NCBI GenBank assembly: GCA_937968015.1
Contig: CALBSO010000015.1
Location: forward strand, 14,201 to 78,200
Source: an uncultured Thermomicrobia bacterium
GTDB taxonomy: Bacteria; Chloroflexota; Chloroflexia; Thermomicrobiales; JALYUS01
Direction: 5' to 3'
DNA: 64,000 bases
The notes beneath the pieces are model-generated. The model saw only the letters and a list, made by a program, of their open reading frames with translations. It made no database searches and had not been told where the DNA came from. Below, piece by piece: positions 10,401 through 19,635 of this stretch. The first letter of the stretch is position 1. Every line of letters starts with the position of its first letter. Position numbers and translations under genes: made by a program.

Positions 10401-10690
10401 AGACGTTGACTGAGGTCGAGGAAGAATTGATTCAGGTTCGCTCCAAGGCATTGGAGGACCCGCTGAACTTCCCCGTCAAACTGAACAACAAACTGGCAAG
10501 CCTCTCCGGCGCGGTAGCGAGCGCGGATAGTGCCCCGACGCAGCCAACCTATGCGGTCTTCGATGACCTTGCGAACAAGATCGGCCTCCAGCTCATCACG
10601 CTCTCGACGGTGATCGAGACGGACGTCTCGGAGTTCAACCAACTGGTGAGTACCCTGAATATCCCGGCGATCGTGCCGCGACAGGAGTAG
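7490..10690 (+). CDS. BNR/Asp-box repeat, sortilin (VPS10)-type beta-propeller protein
   Basis: GSTGGGVWKTRDGGATW, YKSTDAGATWT, YRSQDGGKTWE, HTSTDGGETWT, FRSEDGGATWE and more are repeated Asp-box SxDxGxTW motifs over about 1060 aa. GGAGG lies 10 nt before ATG 7490. Confidence 0.85.
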   Translation: MIVDPKLLEKVEWRLVGPFRGGRCVAVAGDPSDMLTFYFGSTGGGVWKTRDGGATWRNVSDGFFHTASVGAIAVSEADPNLLYVGMGETTIRGNVAHGDGVYKSTDAGATWTHCGLAETRHIAKVRIHPTNPDVVYVAAFGHVYGTNPERGVYRSQDGGKTWERILFHSEHAGAIDLAMDPHNPRILYAAFWEANRTPYSLTSGGPGSSLHTSTDGGETWTELTHAPGLPKGLLGKIGVACSAKSDRVWALIEAEGGGLFRSEDGGATWEMMSDKADQRQRPWYYTHVIADPTEPDTLWVPNVQLWKSTDSGRSFQQVPTPHGDDHDLWIDPHNSMRMIEGNDGGACVSFSGGAAWSSIYNQPTAEFYHVTTDNAVPYRLYGAQQDNTTISTPSRSDNGAITWAECYPIGGGESGYIAVRPDDPNIVYAGSYWLVTRYDHRTHQSRNIMPWPENPMGWGANDLKYRFQWTFPIVVSPHSAQGAPANMLYVTSNVVHRSTDEGANWEVISPDLTRNDPTKMGSSGGPITKDNTSVEYYCTIFALAESPLERGVLWAGSDDGLVHVTRDGGRSWQNVTPKDVPEWAMISIIEPSPHDAGTAYIAANRYKSDDFAPYLYKTTDYGATWTKITDGIAENAFTRVIRADPDRKELLYAGTETGIYVSFDDGAHWQSLQRNLPVVPIHDLAVKSQDLVAGTHGRAFWILDDLTALHQMADGIADETAHLFTPRPTIRFKSGLRRFHSGGPARGYLSVGGWAQTTYQDPQPGSPLTFFEAGRNPTDGVIINYYLKEKPDAPISLTFLDAQGNEIKTFKSEEKKPEAVGAVPEPPAAGEEKDDHGAKKEPKAPAEAGMNRFVWNMRYPDATNVPGAIFWAGGVDGPIAAPGQYQVRLTVGDTSWTEPFEIRKDPRVAATQADFDAQFDLLLKIRDQLTRTSDGINRLRDVRAQVEGWEKRVEGREGAEEVRAAATALKKTLTEVEEELIQVRSKALEDPLNFPVKLNNKLASLSGAVASADSAPTQPTYAVFDDLANKIGLQLITLSTVIETDVSEFNQLVSTLNIPAIVPRQE

Positions 10691-10791
10691 GGGCCGATTG
10701 CCAAACAGACGCTCCCGCTCCATCGCCCGTTCGCTTCGATACCCGAGGCATACAGCGGCGATCGAGCGGGATCGGGGATGAGGGAAAAGCC

Positions 10792-12288
10792 ATGACCTAC
10801 CGCATCGCCATCGGTGAGTTCGCGCATGAGACGAATACGTTTTGCCCGGAACCGACGACCACCGGGCCGTTCCGGGAGTATCAGTGGTTCCTTGGGGATG
10901 AGATTGTCCGCGCGCACGGCGGCAACCGCACCTACGTGGGCGGGATGCTCGCGAAGGCAGCGGAATTGGACATCGAGGCGATACCGACCTTCACGGCGGT
11001 CGCCTATCCCTCCGGCACGATTACGCGGGCAGCGTACGACGAGATTACCGGCACGCTCCTCGGTGCGATCGCGCGCGCGATGCCGGTAGACGCCGTCTGC
11101 CTGGCGCTGCACGGCGCGGGGGTCGCGGAGGGGATTGACGACCTCGAAGGCGCGGTGCTCGCGGCGGTGCGGGAGCGCGTCGGGCCGGACGTGCCAATCG
11201 CCGCCTCGCTCGACTTGCACGGCAACATCACCCCGATGATGCTCGACCACGCGAACGGCCTCTTCGGGAACTGGCTCTACCCACATACGGACAGTTTCGA
11301 GCGCGGTGCGGAGGCGATGGCCTTCCTCGTTCGCGTGCTGCGGCGTGAGATCAGGCCCGTCATGCACCTTGAACAACTGCCGGTGATGATCCCGACGTGT
11401 AGCACGGACCTCGAACCGGGCAAGCGGCTCAATGCCCTCTGCCGCGCGTGGGAGCAGCGGCCCGGCATGATTGACTGCACGATCTTTCACGGCTTCGCGT
11501 ACACCGATGTACCCGCCGTCGGCATGTCCGTCCTGACGATCACCGATCACGACCCCACGCTGGCGGCGGAGGCAGGGAAAGCGATCGCGCAAGCTATCTG
11601 GGAGGCGCGCGAGGAGTACCGGCCGGAAATCCTCACCGCCGCACAGGCAATCAGTCGCGCGCTGGCTGTGCCGGAAGGCCCCGTGGTCATTAACGACACC
11701 TCGGACAACCCCGGTGGCGGCTCACCCGGTGACAGCACGCACCTCCTGCGTGCGATGCGCGAAGCCAACCTCGAAAACGCCTGCTACGCCTACATCTTCG
11801 ACCCCGAAACTGCCCGGCAGGCACACACGGCGGGTGTTGGGGCGACGGTTGACATGCGCCTCGGCGGCAAGACGGACGACCTGCACGGCGCGCCCATCGA
11901 GGCGAACGCATACGTGAAGTGCCTCACTGATGGCCGTTTCCGCCTGACGACGCCGATGGGGCGCGGCATGCTCACGGAAATCGGCCCGATGGCGCGCGTC
12001 CAGATCGGCGGGATAGATGTGCTCATCGGTTCTCGCCGCAGTCAGGTGCTCGACGACGAAATCTTCCTCTTGCACGGCATTGATGTGCGGCGGTACCGGA
12101 TCGTCGCCGTGAAGTCCAGCGCGCACTTCCGTGCCGGATATACGCATCTTGCCACGGCAATCATCGCGGCGGACGCGCCCGGCGCGACGACGCTCGATCT
12201 CTCCGGCTTCCCGTACCACCGCATCCGCCGGACGATCTGGCCGCTCGACGCCGCCGAGATGCGTGGCGAGTACGCGCAGTATCTTTAG
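10792..12288 (+). CDS. M81-family metallopeptidase (MlrC/microcystinase C-like), copy 1
   Basis: MTYRIAIGEFAHETNTFCP N-terminus, LALHGAGV, and the C-terminal VKSSAHFRAGY motif typical of MlrC N+C domains. Confidence 0.85.
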   Translation: MTYRIAIGEFAHETNTFCPEPTTTGPFREYQWFLGDEIVRAHGGNRTYVGGMLAKAAELDIEAIPTFTAVAYPSGTITRAAYDEITGTLLGAIARAMPVDAVCLALHGAGVAEGIDDLEGAVLAAVRERVGPDVPIAASLDLHGNITPMMLDHANGLFGNWLYPHTDSFERGAEAMAFLVRVLRREIRPVMHLEQLPVMIPTCSTDLEPGKRLNALCRAWEQRPGMIDCTIFHGFAYTDVPAVGMSVLTITDHDPTLAAEAGKAIAQAIWEAREEYRPEILTAAQAISRALAVPEGPVVINDTSDNPGGGSPGDSTHLLRAMREANLENACYAYIFDPETARQAHTAGVGATVDMRLGGKTDDLHGAPIEANAYVKCLTDGRFRLTTPMGRGMLTEIGPMARVQIGGIDVLIGSRRSQVLDDEIFLLHGIDVRRYRIVAVKSSAHFRAGYTHLATAIIAADAPGATTLDLSGFPYHRIRRTIWPLDAAEMRGEYAQYL

Positions 12289-12307
12289 GTAGCACAGGAG
12301 CATATTC

Positions 12308-12535
12308 GTGTGGATTGAATGGCGCATCCACTGGCGCGGAGACGAGGAGACGGTGCGCTGGGAGAATGGCGCCCTGACGAGCGACAACGGCGCGACGGCG
12401 GCATTCGCGCGTTTCGCCGTCAGCAACGCGCCGACGACGGGTCGCCCGCCTGAAGAGCGCCTGCGCGATCCGGCAACCGCCGCGCAGATGCTCGCGGAGT
12501 TCGCGGATGCGATCCGTGAGGTCCGGAACGGGTGA
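12308..12535 (+). CDS. Small hypothetical protein (75 aa)
   Basis: GTG-started ORF 20 nt after mlrC-like stop. No recognisable domain. Coding status uncertain. Confidence 0.3.
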   Translation: MWIEWRIHWRGDEETVRWENGALTSDNGATAAFARFAVSNAPTTGRPPEERLRDPATAAQMLAEFADAIREVRNG

Positions 12536-12605
12536 TGCCGCGGATACGGGACATCGCGCGCAAAACGGCGCGCCCGGCTCGGTGCATTTGCCATGTGGAT
12601 TCCGA

Positions 12606-12635
12606 TTGACACCCCTTGCCGTGCGACTCTATACT
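12606..12635 (+). promoter_or_regulatory. Sigma70-type promoter candidate TTGACA-N18-TATACT
   Basis: TTGACA 12606-12611 and TATACT 12630-12635. About 124 nt upstream of the SBP start. Confidence 0.5.
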
Positions 12636-12759
12636 GCGGTCAAGCCCGAAGGGGAATAGCACAGGGGGTTGCATCCTGTCGAACGCAGGGCGCTGAGATA
12701 CCGATGCGTCACCGTCGTTCCCGTTGTGTGGGGGTCGTTGTTGCTCAAGGAGGATCACC

Positions 12760-14604
12760 GTGTTGTACGACGCCAATCATCCGCTCGATCTGGCCGAGGC
12801 ATTGCGGAATGCGACGCCCGCGCAGCGGCGCGAGTTCTCACGCCGCGCCGCGCTCCTCGGTATGTCGGGTTCGGTCGTCGCCGCGCTGCTCGCCGCCTGC
12901 GGTGGCTCAACCGCCGCCCCGACGAACACCCCTGCGGGCGGGACGCAGGCGGCACCGACCAAGGGGACGATTCCGACGGTCGCCGTGAACCAGTCCACCG
13001 CGCCCGCCGCCAGCGGCGTCGCATCCACGGCGGGAACCGCCCCAGCAGCGAGCGCGGCCACGAGCGGCAGCCCGACGACCGCCGCCGCCTCGTCCGGCAA
13101 GAAGCCGAAGCGGGGCGGCACCTTCATCACGATGGGCCATCAGGATGTCCCGTATCTCAGCCCGGACGATGCGGGCCCGACCGTCTGGTACGTCCTCACC
13201 TACAATGTCCACGAGGCGCTCCTCAAGGTGGACGAGAATTTCAAACTCGTCCCCGTCCTGGCGGAGAGTTATCAGGTCTCATCGGACGGCAAGACGTGGA
13301 CGTTCAAACTGCGCAAGGGCGTCAAGTTCCATGACGGGATGCCGTTCACCTCGGCGGACGTTAAGTATTACTACGACTGGCTACGTGAGCCGAAGAACGC
13401 CGCGATCAATCAATCGAACTTCAACGACGTGGCGAGCGTCGAGGCGCCCGACCCTTCCACCATCATTGTTACCTTGTCACGGGTCTTTGTTCCCTTCGGG
13501 GCCCTGAGTGCGACGATCGGCATCCCGGCCAAGCATGTGCATGAGAAGGGCGGCGAGACGGCGTACAAGAAGGGGACACCGGTCGGCACCGGGCCGTACA
13601 AACTGATGGAACTCAAATTGGGGGATCACGTCACGCTGCAGGCATTCGACGATTATTGGGCCGGCCGGCCGTGGATCGACTTCTGGCGCGAGAACATCGT
13701 GCCGGAAACCTCCGTGCGCGCGATCGCCCTCCGCACCGGCGATGCGGATTCCTCCACCTGGCCGCTCGCGCCGGAGGACACGCTGAATTTCATCAAGGAC
13801 CCGAAGTTCCAGACCTATCGCGCGCCGGGCGTCGCGGTGAACCACTTCCCGCTCAACACCACGCGCCCGCTGCTCTCCGACAAGCGCGTGCGGCAGGCGA
13901 TGATGTACGCGATGGACCGCGACGCGATGGTGAAGGACCTCCTCAAGGGGCTCGCGGTCAAGGCGACCTCAAATCTCTCGCCCGCGCTCGAGTTCTACTA
14001 CGAGCCGAACGTCACGCAGTATCCGCGCGACCTCGACAAGGCGAAGGCGCTCCTCAAGGACGCGGGCTGGACGCCGGGGCCGGACGGCATCCTCGTCAAT
14101 GCGCAGGGGCAGAAGTTCTCCGTCGTCTGCATCGTCTTCAGTGGCGATTCGCTGCGGAAGAGCGAGGCGGAGATCGCGCAGCGCAACTTCAAAGAAGTCG
14201 GCATCGACATGCAACTGAAAGAGATGGAGACGACCGCCGCACTCAACGTCGAGCGGGCGGGAGACTACGATATCGGTTTGTTCAACTGGACCTATGGCGG
14301 GAGCGGTGGCGATCCGAACGCGCAGGCACTCTACAAGGGCAACACGAACGCCTGGTCGCGTTGGGACAATCCGGACGCTCAGAAGTTGCTCGAGGCCGGC
14401 GCGGCGGAACTCGATTCAGAGAAACGCAAGAAGATTTACAGCGACCTGCAGAAACTCGTCGCGCAAGAGGTCCCCTTCCTCTACGTGATGTACTGGGAGA
14501 CGATCCTCTTCTTCAACAAGCGGATCAAGGGCATGCCGGACAAGGCGACCAACCCCTACTGGCTCTACCAGGACTTCGCCAAGTACTGGATCGAGGAAGC
14601 GTAG
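12760..14604 (+). CDS. ABC transporter substrate-binding lipoprotein, peptide/nickel (family 5) type, Tat-type signal
   Basis: AGGAGG SD plus GTG 12760. RREFSRRAALLGMSGSVVAALLAACGG is a twin-Arg plus lipobox. Family-5 SBP body: GGTFITMGHQDVPYLSP...YQVSSDGKTWTFKLRKGVKFHDG. Confidence 0.88.
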   Translation: MLYDANHPLDLAEALRNATPAQRREFSRRAALLGMSGSVVAALLAACGGSTAAPTNTPAGGTQAAPTKGTIPTVAVNQSTAPAASGVASTAGTAPAASAATSGSPTTAAASSGKKPKRGGTFITMGHQDVPYLSPDDAGPTVWYVLTYNVHEALLKVDENFKLVPVLAESYQVSSDGKTWTFKLRKGVKFHDGMPFTSADVKYYYDWLREPKNAAINQSNFNDVASVEAPDPSTIIVTLSRVFVPFGALSATIGIPAKHVHEKGGETAYKKGTPVGTGPYKLMELKLGDHVTLQAFDDYWAGRPWIDFWRENIVPETSVRAIALRTGDADSSTWPLAPEDTLNFIKDPKFQTYRAPGVAVNHFPLNTTRPLLSDKRVRQAMMYAMDRDAMVKDLLKGLAVKATSNLSPALEFYYEPNVTQYPRDLDKAKALLKDAGWTPGPDGILVNAQGQKFSVVCIVFSGDSLRKSEAEIAQRNFKEVGIDMQLKEMETTAALNVERAGDYDIGLFNWTYGGSGGDPNAQALYKGNTNAWSRWDNPDAQKLLEAGAAELDSEKRKKIYSDLQKLVAQEVPFLYVMYWETILFFNKRIKGMPDKATNPYWLYQDFAKYWIEEA

Positions 14605-14641
14605 GACGAGTGCGAGGCGCTGCGTACTGAGTGGATTTCTC

Positions 14642-14667
14642 CCCCTCTCCATTGCGATGGAGAGGGG
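14642..14667 (+). promoter_or_regulatory. Intercistronic perfect hairpin (11-bp stem, UGCG loop), REP-like
   Basis: CCCCTCTCCAT tgcg ATGGAGAGGGG, followed by CCGGGGGTGAGG. Lies between the SBP stop (14604) and the permease start (14688). Confidence 0.7.
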
Positions 14668-14687
14668 CCGGGGGTGAGGTTTTCCCA

Positions 14688-15614
14688 ATGACCCGCTATG
14701 TCATCCTGCGCGTGCTGCAGGGGATTGTCGTCATCTGGATCGTGACGCTGATGGTCTTCATGATCCTCCATCTCACGCCCGGCGACCCGGTGGACCTGAT
14801 CGTCGGCGAGGCGAACATGACGACCGAGCAGCGCGAGCAGATCAGGCACTTCTGGGGTTTGGATAAGCCAATATACGTGCAGTACTTCACCTGGTTGAAC
14901 AATGTCCTGCACGGGAACTTCGGCGAGTCCGTCAGCTTCGGCGGGCGGCCTGTCACCGATCTCCTGCGCGCCGCCGCACCGAACACGCTCAAACTCAACG
15001 GTCTCGCGCTCTTCTTCTCACTCGTTGTCGCCCTCCCGGTCGGCGTTTTCGCCGCGGTCAAGCGGTATACGCTCTTCGACGGGACGGCGACGGTCTTCTC
15101 GACGCTGGGTATCTCGATCCCGAACTTCTGGCTCGGGCTGGTCCTCATCATCCTCTTCTCGCTCAAACTCGGCTGGCTACCTCCCTTCGGCAGCAACGGC
15201 TGGAAAGCGTACATCCTGCCCGTTTTTGTCCTCGCGACGGAGCAGATGGCGCTGATCGCGCGGCTGACCCGCGCGACGACGCTCGAAGTGATGAATCAGG
15301 AGTACGTCGCGACGGCGCGGGCAAAGGGGCTGACGGAGCGCGTCGTGATGATGCGGCACATCGTCCGCAATGCCCTCTTACCGATCATCACCGTCATCGG
15401 TTTCCGGGTCGGCGTGCTCCTCAGCGGCACGATCGTGATCGAGACGGTCTTCGCATGGCCCGGGATCGGGCGGCTCCTCTTTCAGGCGATCAGCCGGCGC
15501 GACTATCTTGTTGTCCAGTCCATCGTCACGATTGGCGCCGCAGTGGTCATCCTGGCGACGCTCCTGACCGACATCATTTATGCCTACGTGGATCCTCGGA
15601 TCCGGTATCGTTAG
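14688..15614 (+). CDS. ABC transporter permease (DppB/OppB-like)
   Basis: MTRYVILRVLQGIVVIWIVTLMVF... with YVATARAKGL (EAA-loop region). Confidence 0.9.
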   Translation: MTRYVILRVLQGIVVIWIVTLMVFMILHLTPGDPVDLIVGEANMTTEQREQIRHFWGLDKPIYVQYFTWLNNVLHGNFGESVSFGGRPVTDLLRAAAPNTLKLNGLALFFSLVVALPVGVFAAVKRYTLFDGTATVFSTLGISIPNFWLGLVLIILFSLKLGWLPPFGSNGWKAYILPVFVLATEQMALIARLTRATTLEVMNQEYVATARAKGLTERVVMMRHIVRNALLPIITVIGFRVGVLLSGTIVIETVFAWPGIGRLLFQAISRRDYLVVQSIVTIGAAVVILATLLTDIIYAYVDPRIRYR

Positions 15615-15629
15615 CCGGAGGAGGATACG

Positions 15630-16532
15630 TTGTCGAGCGAATTCGTCGCCCCGCCCCAGACTCTCGCCCCGGTGCAGGCGGCCTTCCGGCGGCAGAATGA
15701 ATGGCGGCGCGCGTGGCGGCGGTTCCTCCGCTTCAAGCCGGCCGTTGCCGGCCTCGTGCTGATCGCGTTTATCGCGCTGCTGGCGATCTTCGCGCCGCTC
15801 GTCTCGCCGTACGATCCCTACGCCATTGATACGACGACGCGGGGCGCGGCGCCGTCGCTCGCTCATCCCTTCGGCATTGATGAGGTGGGGCGCGATATGC
15901 TGAGCCGCGCCATCTACGGCTCGCGCGTGGCGATGCTCGTCGGCCTCTCCGCGACGGGCATCTCGCTCATCATTGGCGTGCTCATCGGGGCGACGGCGGG
16001 CTACTTCGGCGGCTTCGTGGACGCGCTCCTGTCGCGCATCGTGGATGCACTAATCGCCTTCCCGCTCCTCGTGCTCCTGATCGCGATGGCCGCCGCGCTC
16101 GGACCGAGCCTGCGCAACGTCATCATCATCATCGGCGTGACCGTCTGGGGGCAGTACGCGCGCGTCGTGCGGGCGGAGGTGCTCAGTCTGCGCGAGCGGG
16201 AGTTTGTCACCGCCGCGCGGACCGTCGGCGCGACGGATGGCCGCATCATTGTCCGGCACATCATCCCGAACGTGCTTGGCCCGATCATCGTGCTCGCGAG
16301 TCTCTCGGTGGCGGGCATCATCTTGTTGGAAGCGGCGCTCAGTTTCCTCGGCTTGGGGGTGCAGCCACCGACGCCCTCCTGGGGTTCGATGCTCTCGGCG
16401 GGGCGTACCTACATCCTCACCTACCCACACATCGCGCTCTTCCCCGGCCTGGCGATCGTGGTGACGGTGCTCGGCTTCAACCTGCTCGGTGACGGCCTGC
16501 GGGACGCGCTGGACCCCAGAGGAAATCGGTAG
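15630..16532 (+). CDS. ABC transporter permease (DppC/OppC-like)
   Basis: GGAGGAGGA SD plus TTG 15630. AHPFGIDEVGRDMLSRAIYGSR and EFVTAARTVGA motifs. Confidence 0.9.
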   Translation: MSSEFVAPPQTLAPVQAAFRRQNEWRRAWRRFLRFKPAVAGLVLIAFIALLAIFAPLVSPYDPYAIDTTTRGAAPSLAHPFGIDEVGRDMLSRAIYGSRVAMLVGLSATGISLIIGVLIGATAGYFGGFVDALLSRIVDALIAFPLLVLLIAMAAALGPSLRNVIIIIGVTVWGQYARVVRAEVLSLREREFVTAARTVGATDGRIIVRHIIPNVLGPIIVLASLSVAGIILLEAALSFLGLGVQPPTPSWGSMLSAGRTYILTYPHIALFPGLAIVVTVLGFNLLGDGLRDALDPRGNR

Positions 16533-16656
16533 CAGGCGGCGCGTCGGGCAGCAAAGATGGTAGGCGTCGGCGGTATTGGATTGTAGTCATCGGGCGGATG
16601 AGCGGTTTGCAGGGGCGCGTTCTCGCGCTGCCCGCTGCCCGCTCGGAGGAACGACG

Positions 16657-18144
16657 ATGCGCATTGCAATCGGCGGGGTCTCGCATGAGACGAACACCTT
16701 TTCGAACATCCGGACGACCCTCGACCTCTTCCAGCAATGCGAAGGGCAGGCGATCCTCGATGCCTTCACTGGCACGAAGAGTAGCCTCGGCGGCTTCATT
16801 GATGTCGCCGCGCGGGAGAAGTTTACCATTGTCCCGACGTTCTTCGGCCGCGCGACGCCCTCCGGCACCGTCGCGGCAGACGCGATCGAGACGATGGAGC
16901 GGCGCATCCTCGACGGGATCGCCGCAGCCCGGGGGGATGGCGAACTCGACGGCGTGCTGCTCGCGCTGCACGGTGCGATGGTCACGGAAGTGGATGACGA
17001 CGGTGAGGGGCACCTCCTGCACCGCGTGCGGGCGCTCGTCGGACCGGATGTGCCAGTGGTCGCGACGCTCGATTGGCACTGCTACATCAGCGAGACGATG
17101 GTGAACGACGCCGATGCTCTTGTCACCTACGATACCTATCCGCATGTAGATACCTGGGAGCGGGCGGTCGAGGCGGGCGAAATCCTCATGCGGATAGTGC
17201 GGCACGGCCTGAAACCGACCGCCGCGCGTTCCCACCCGCCAATGCTCATTTTCGGCCCGAAGACGTACAGCGAGCAGCCGCCGATGCAAACGATGGTACG
17301 AAAGGCGCACGCGATCGAGCGCGATTCGCGCGTCGTCACGGTGACGGTCGCGCCCGGCTTCCCCTACAGCGACATTCCCGGCGCCGGGCAGTATTTCTAT
17401 GTGGTCACAGACAACGACCCCGCGCTGGCCCGGCAGTATGCCGATGAACTGGCGATGTTTATGTGGAATATGCGCCGCGAATTCGCCCCTGATCTCGCCA
17501 CGCCGGAGGCGGCGGTACGCCGCGCGATGGCCGCGCCGAAGGGGCCTGTCGTGCTCTCCGATCAGGGCGACAATCCGGGCGGCGGTACGCCCTGCGACGG
17601 CACGCTGCTGCTCGGGCCGCTCCTGGCGGCGGGCGCGAAAAACGCCGCCGTCGCGGTGATCGCTGACCCGGAAGCCGCCGCGCAGGCGATCGCGGCGGGC
17701 ATCGGTGCGCGGATCACCCTCACCATCGGCGGCAAGCGAGACAATCTGCACGGCGCGCCACTGACAGTGACGGGTGTGGTGCGCAACATCACGGACGGCA
17801 TCTATCGTAACAAGGGGCCGATGGGCACCGGCGTCCAGATGGATATGGGGCCAACGGCAGTCTTCGATGTGGATGGCGTGGAAATCCTGCTGACGACGAA
17901 GCGGACCCAGCCGACCGATCTGGAGATTTTCCGCTCGCAGGGGATCGAGCCGACCGAGAAGCAGATCGTGATGGTGAAGTCCAATGTCCACTTCCGCGCC
18001 GCCTTCATGCCGATCGCCGCGGAAATCATTGACGTGGATACGCCGGGTCTGACGACGAACCACCTCGATCAGATCCCATACCGGCGGCTCCAACACCCGA
18101 TCTTTCCCTTCGATGAGGTTGAGTGGGATGGAGAAAGCCAGTAG
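16657..18144 (+). CDS. M81-family metallopeptidase (MlrC-like), copy 2
   Basis: GGAGGA SD. MRIAIGGVSHETNTFS, LALHGAMV, VKSNVHFRAAF. Paralogous to 10792-12288. Confidence 0.85.
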   Translation: MRIAIGGVSHETNTFSNIRTTLDLFQQCEGQAILDAFTGTKSSLGGFIDVAAREKFTIVPTFFGRATPSGTVAADAIETMERRILDGIAAARGDGELDGVLLALHGAMVTEVDDDGEGHLLHRVRALVGPDVPVVATLDWHCYISETMVNDADALVTYDTYPHVDTWERAVEAGEILMRIVRHGLKPTAARSHPPMLIFGPKTYSEQPPMQTMVRKAHAIERDSRVVTVTVAPGFPYSDIPGAGQYFYVVTDNDPALARQYADELAMFMWNMRREFAPDLATPEAAVRRAMAAPKGPVVLSDQGDNPGGGTPCDGTLLLGPLLAAGAKNAAVAVIADPEAAAQAIAAGIGARITLTIGGKRDNLHGAPLTVTGVVRNITDGIYRNKGPMGTGVQMDMGPTAVFDVDGVEILLTTKRTQPTDLEIFRSQGIEPTEKQIVMVKSNVHFRAAFMPIAAEIIDVDTPGLTTNHLDQIPYRRLQHPIFPFDEVEWDGESQ

Positions 18145-18199
18145 CCGATAGTCGGTGGGAAAATCCGGGTCACTGGTGACCGCCAATCAGGGAGGATAT

Positions 18200-19531
18200 A
18201 TGGCGAAGCGAATGCGACTGACAGCAACCGGCGATGCGCTCATTACCCGTCGGATGCCGCTCTACGACGATCCTGCGTTTATCGGGATGGTCGAGTTGAT
18301 CCGTGCATGTGATGTGGCATTCACGAACACGGAGGTAACGCTGTCGCGCTTCCGTGGCTGGCCGGTCGTCGAGAGCGGCGGGATGGCACTCTCGGTTGAT
18401 CCACGCTGTGCCGATGATCTCCGCCAACTCGGGTTCAATTGCACGGCCTTCGCCAATAATCACACCCTCAATTATGGCGAGGAAGGCGTGCTGCACACGC
18501 TCGATGCCTTACGCGACGCCGACCTCGTCTGCGCCGGGGCAGGGGCCAACCTCGGCGAGGCACGCCTGCCTGCGTATATCGAAACTCCCAATGGGCGCGT
18601 GGGGTTGATCGGTTGCGCGTCGTCGTTCGCGAAGGGACAGAGCGCGGGCGATCAGTCGGCCATCCTGCCCGGCCGCCCTGGCCTCAACCCGCTCCGGGTG
18701 AAGCGCACAATCATGGTGGATACACAAGCGCTGCGTGAGATCAAGCGAATCGCGGAGGAGACGGGGCTGGAGGCGCAGCGCCAGTTCGGTGAATGGATGA
18801 ACTTCTATCCGCCCACGACGAAGGAGGGGGAGTACTCCTTCCTCAATCAGGCATACGGGATCACCGATGGCGCGATGCATCTCCGCAGTGAGCCGCACGA
18901 GGGCGATCTCGCGGAGATTGCGCGCTGGACAGCGGAAGCGAAGCGGCAGGCCGGGTTCGCAATGGTCTCGATCCACGCGCACGAGCAGGGCCGGGAGCGC
19001 TGGCTGCCGGCGGATTTCCTGCCCGCCTTCGCCCATGCGGTGATAGACGTCGGCGCGGATATCGTCGTCGGTCACGGGCCGCATCTCCTGCGCGGGCTGG
19101 AGTTCTACAAGGGGAAGCCGATCTTCTACTCGCTCGGCAACTTCATCTTCCAGTACGAGACGCTGGAGCGGTTCGCGGCGGACGACTACGACACGATGAA
19201 GCGCGACCTGGCCTGGACGCCGGGGCAGGTGACAGCGGACATCCATCAGAACCTCGAACGCTCCTTCCCGGCGGATGATCGCTACTGGGAGACGGTGCTG
19301 CCGATCTGCGAGTTCGAGGGCGACTGTGTCCGCGAAATCACCCTGTACCCGCTTACGCTCGGTTTCAAACAGCCGGTCTGGGAGCGCGGCATCCCGCGCC
19401 GCTCCTCCGGCGCGCAGGCGGCGCAGACACTCCGCCGTTTCGCCGAACTCTCCAAGCCCTTCGGCACACAGATCGAGATTGCCGATGGCATCGGGCGTGT
19501 ACGCATCCCGGAAGACGAGACGCAGATTTGA
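18200..19531 (+). CDS. CapA/PGA_cap-family metallophosphatase-fold protein
   Basis: GGGAGG SD. LTATGDALITRRM, NNHTLNYGEEG, SIHAHEQG and VVGHGPHLLRGLEFYKGKPIFYSLGNFIF are typical of the CapA family. Confidence 0.8.
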   Translation: MAKRMRLTATGDALITRRMPLYDDPAFIGMVELIRACDVAFTNTEVTLSRFRGWPVVESGGMALSVDPRCADDLRQLGFNCTAFANNHTLNYGEEGVLHTLDALRDADLVCAGAGANLGEARLPAYIETPNGRVGLIGCASSFAKGQSAGDQSAILPGRPGLNPLRVKRTIMVDTQALREIKRIAEETGLEAQRQFGEWMNFYPPTTKEGEYSFLNQAYGITDGAMHLRSEPHEGDLAEIARWTAEAKRQAGFAMVSIHAHEQGRERWLPADFLPAFAHAVIDVGADIVVGHGPHLLRGLEFYKGKPIFYSLGNFIFQYETLERFAADDYDTMKRDLAWTPGQVTADIHQNLERSFPADDRYWETVLPICEFEGDCVREITLYPLTLGFKQPVWERGIPRRSSGAQAAQTLRRFAELSKPFGTQIEIADGIGRVRIPEDETQI

Positions 19532-19635
19532 CATCATGGCGGAGGCAAATCCATACTTTCAGTGCGCCGGTGCAGGCGTGGGTGGCTCGCGGATCGCCCC
19601 TCCATAGCACGCTCCATACGGATATCGCGTATTCT

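Noticed and set aside
12636-12759. Possible riboswitch in the SBP leader: GGGGTTGC...GCTGAGA resembles the first half of a TPP element, and CCCGAAGGGGAA resembles a glycine-riboswitch core.
   Set aside because: The second half of the TPP consensus (the ACCTGATCTGGATAATGCCAGCG-like region) and the tandem glycine aptamer architecture are both absent. The resemblance is limited to short GC-rich strings. It needs cmscan before any claim.
16477-18186. Very long antisense ORFs opposite real genes, for example 16477-18186, 9695-10723, 22895-24061, 30251-31975, 51030-52937 and 58696-60201.
   Set aside because: These are typical high-GC shadow ORFs. Their translations are Arg/Ala/Pro/Gly-rich with no recognisable motifs, whereas the sense-strand proteins have clear family signatures.
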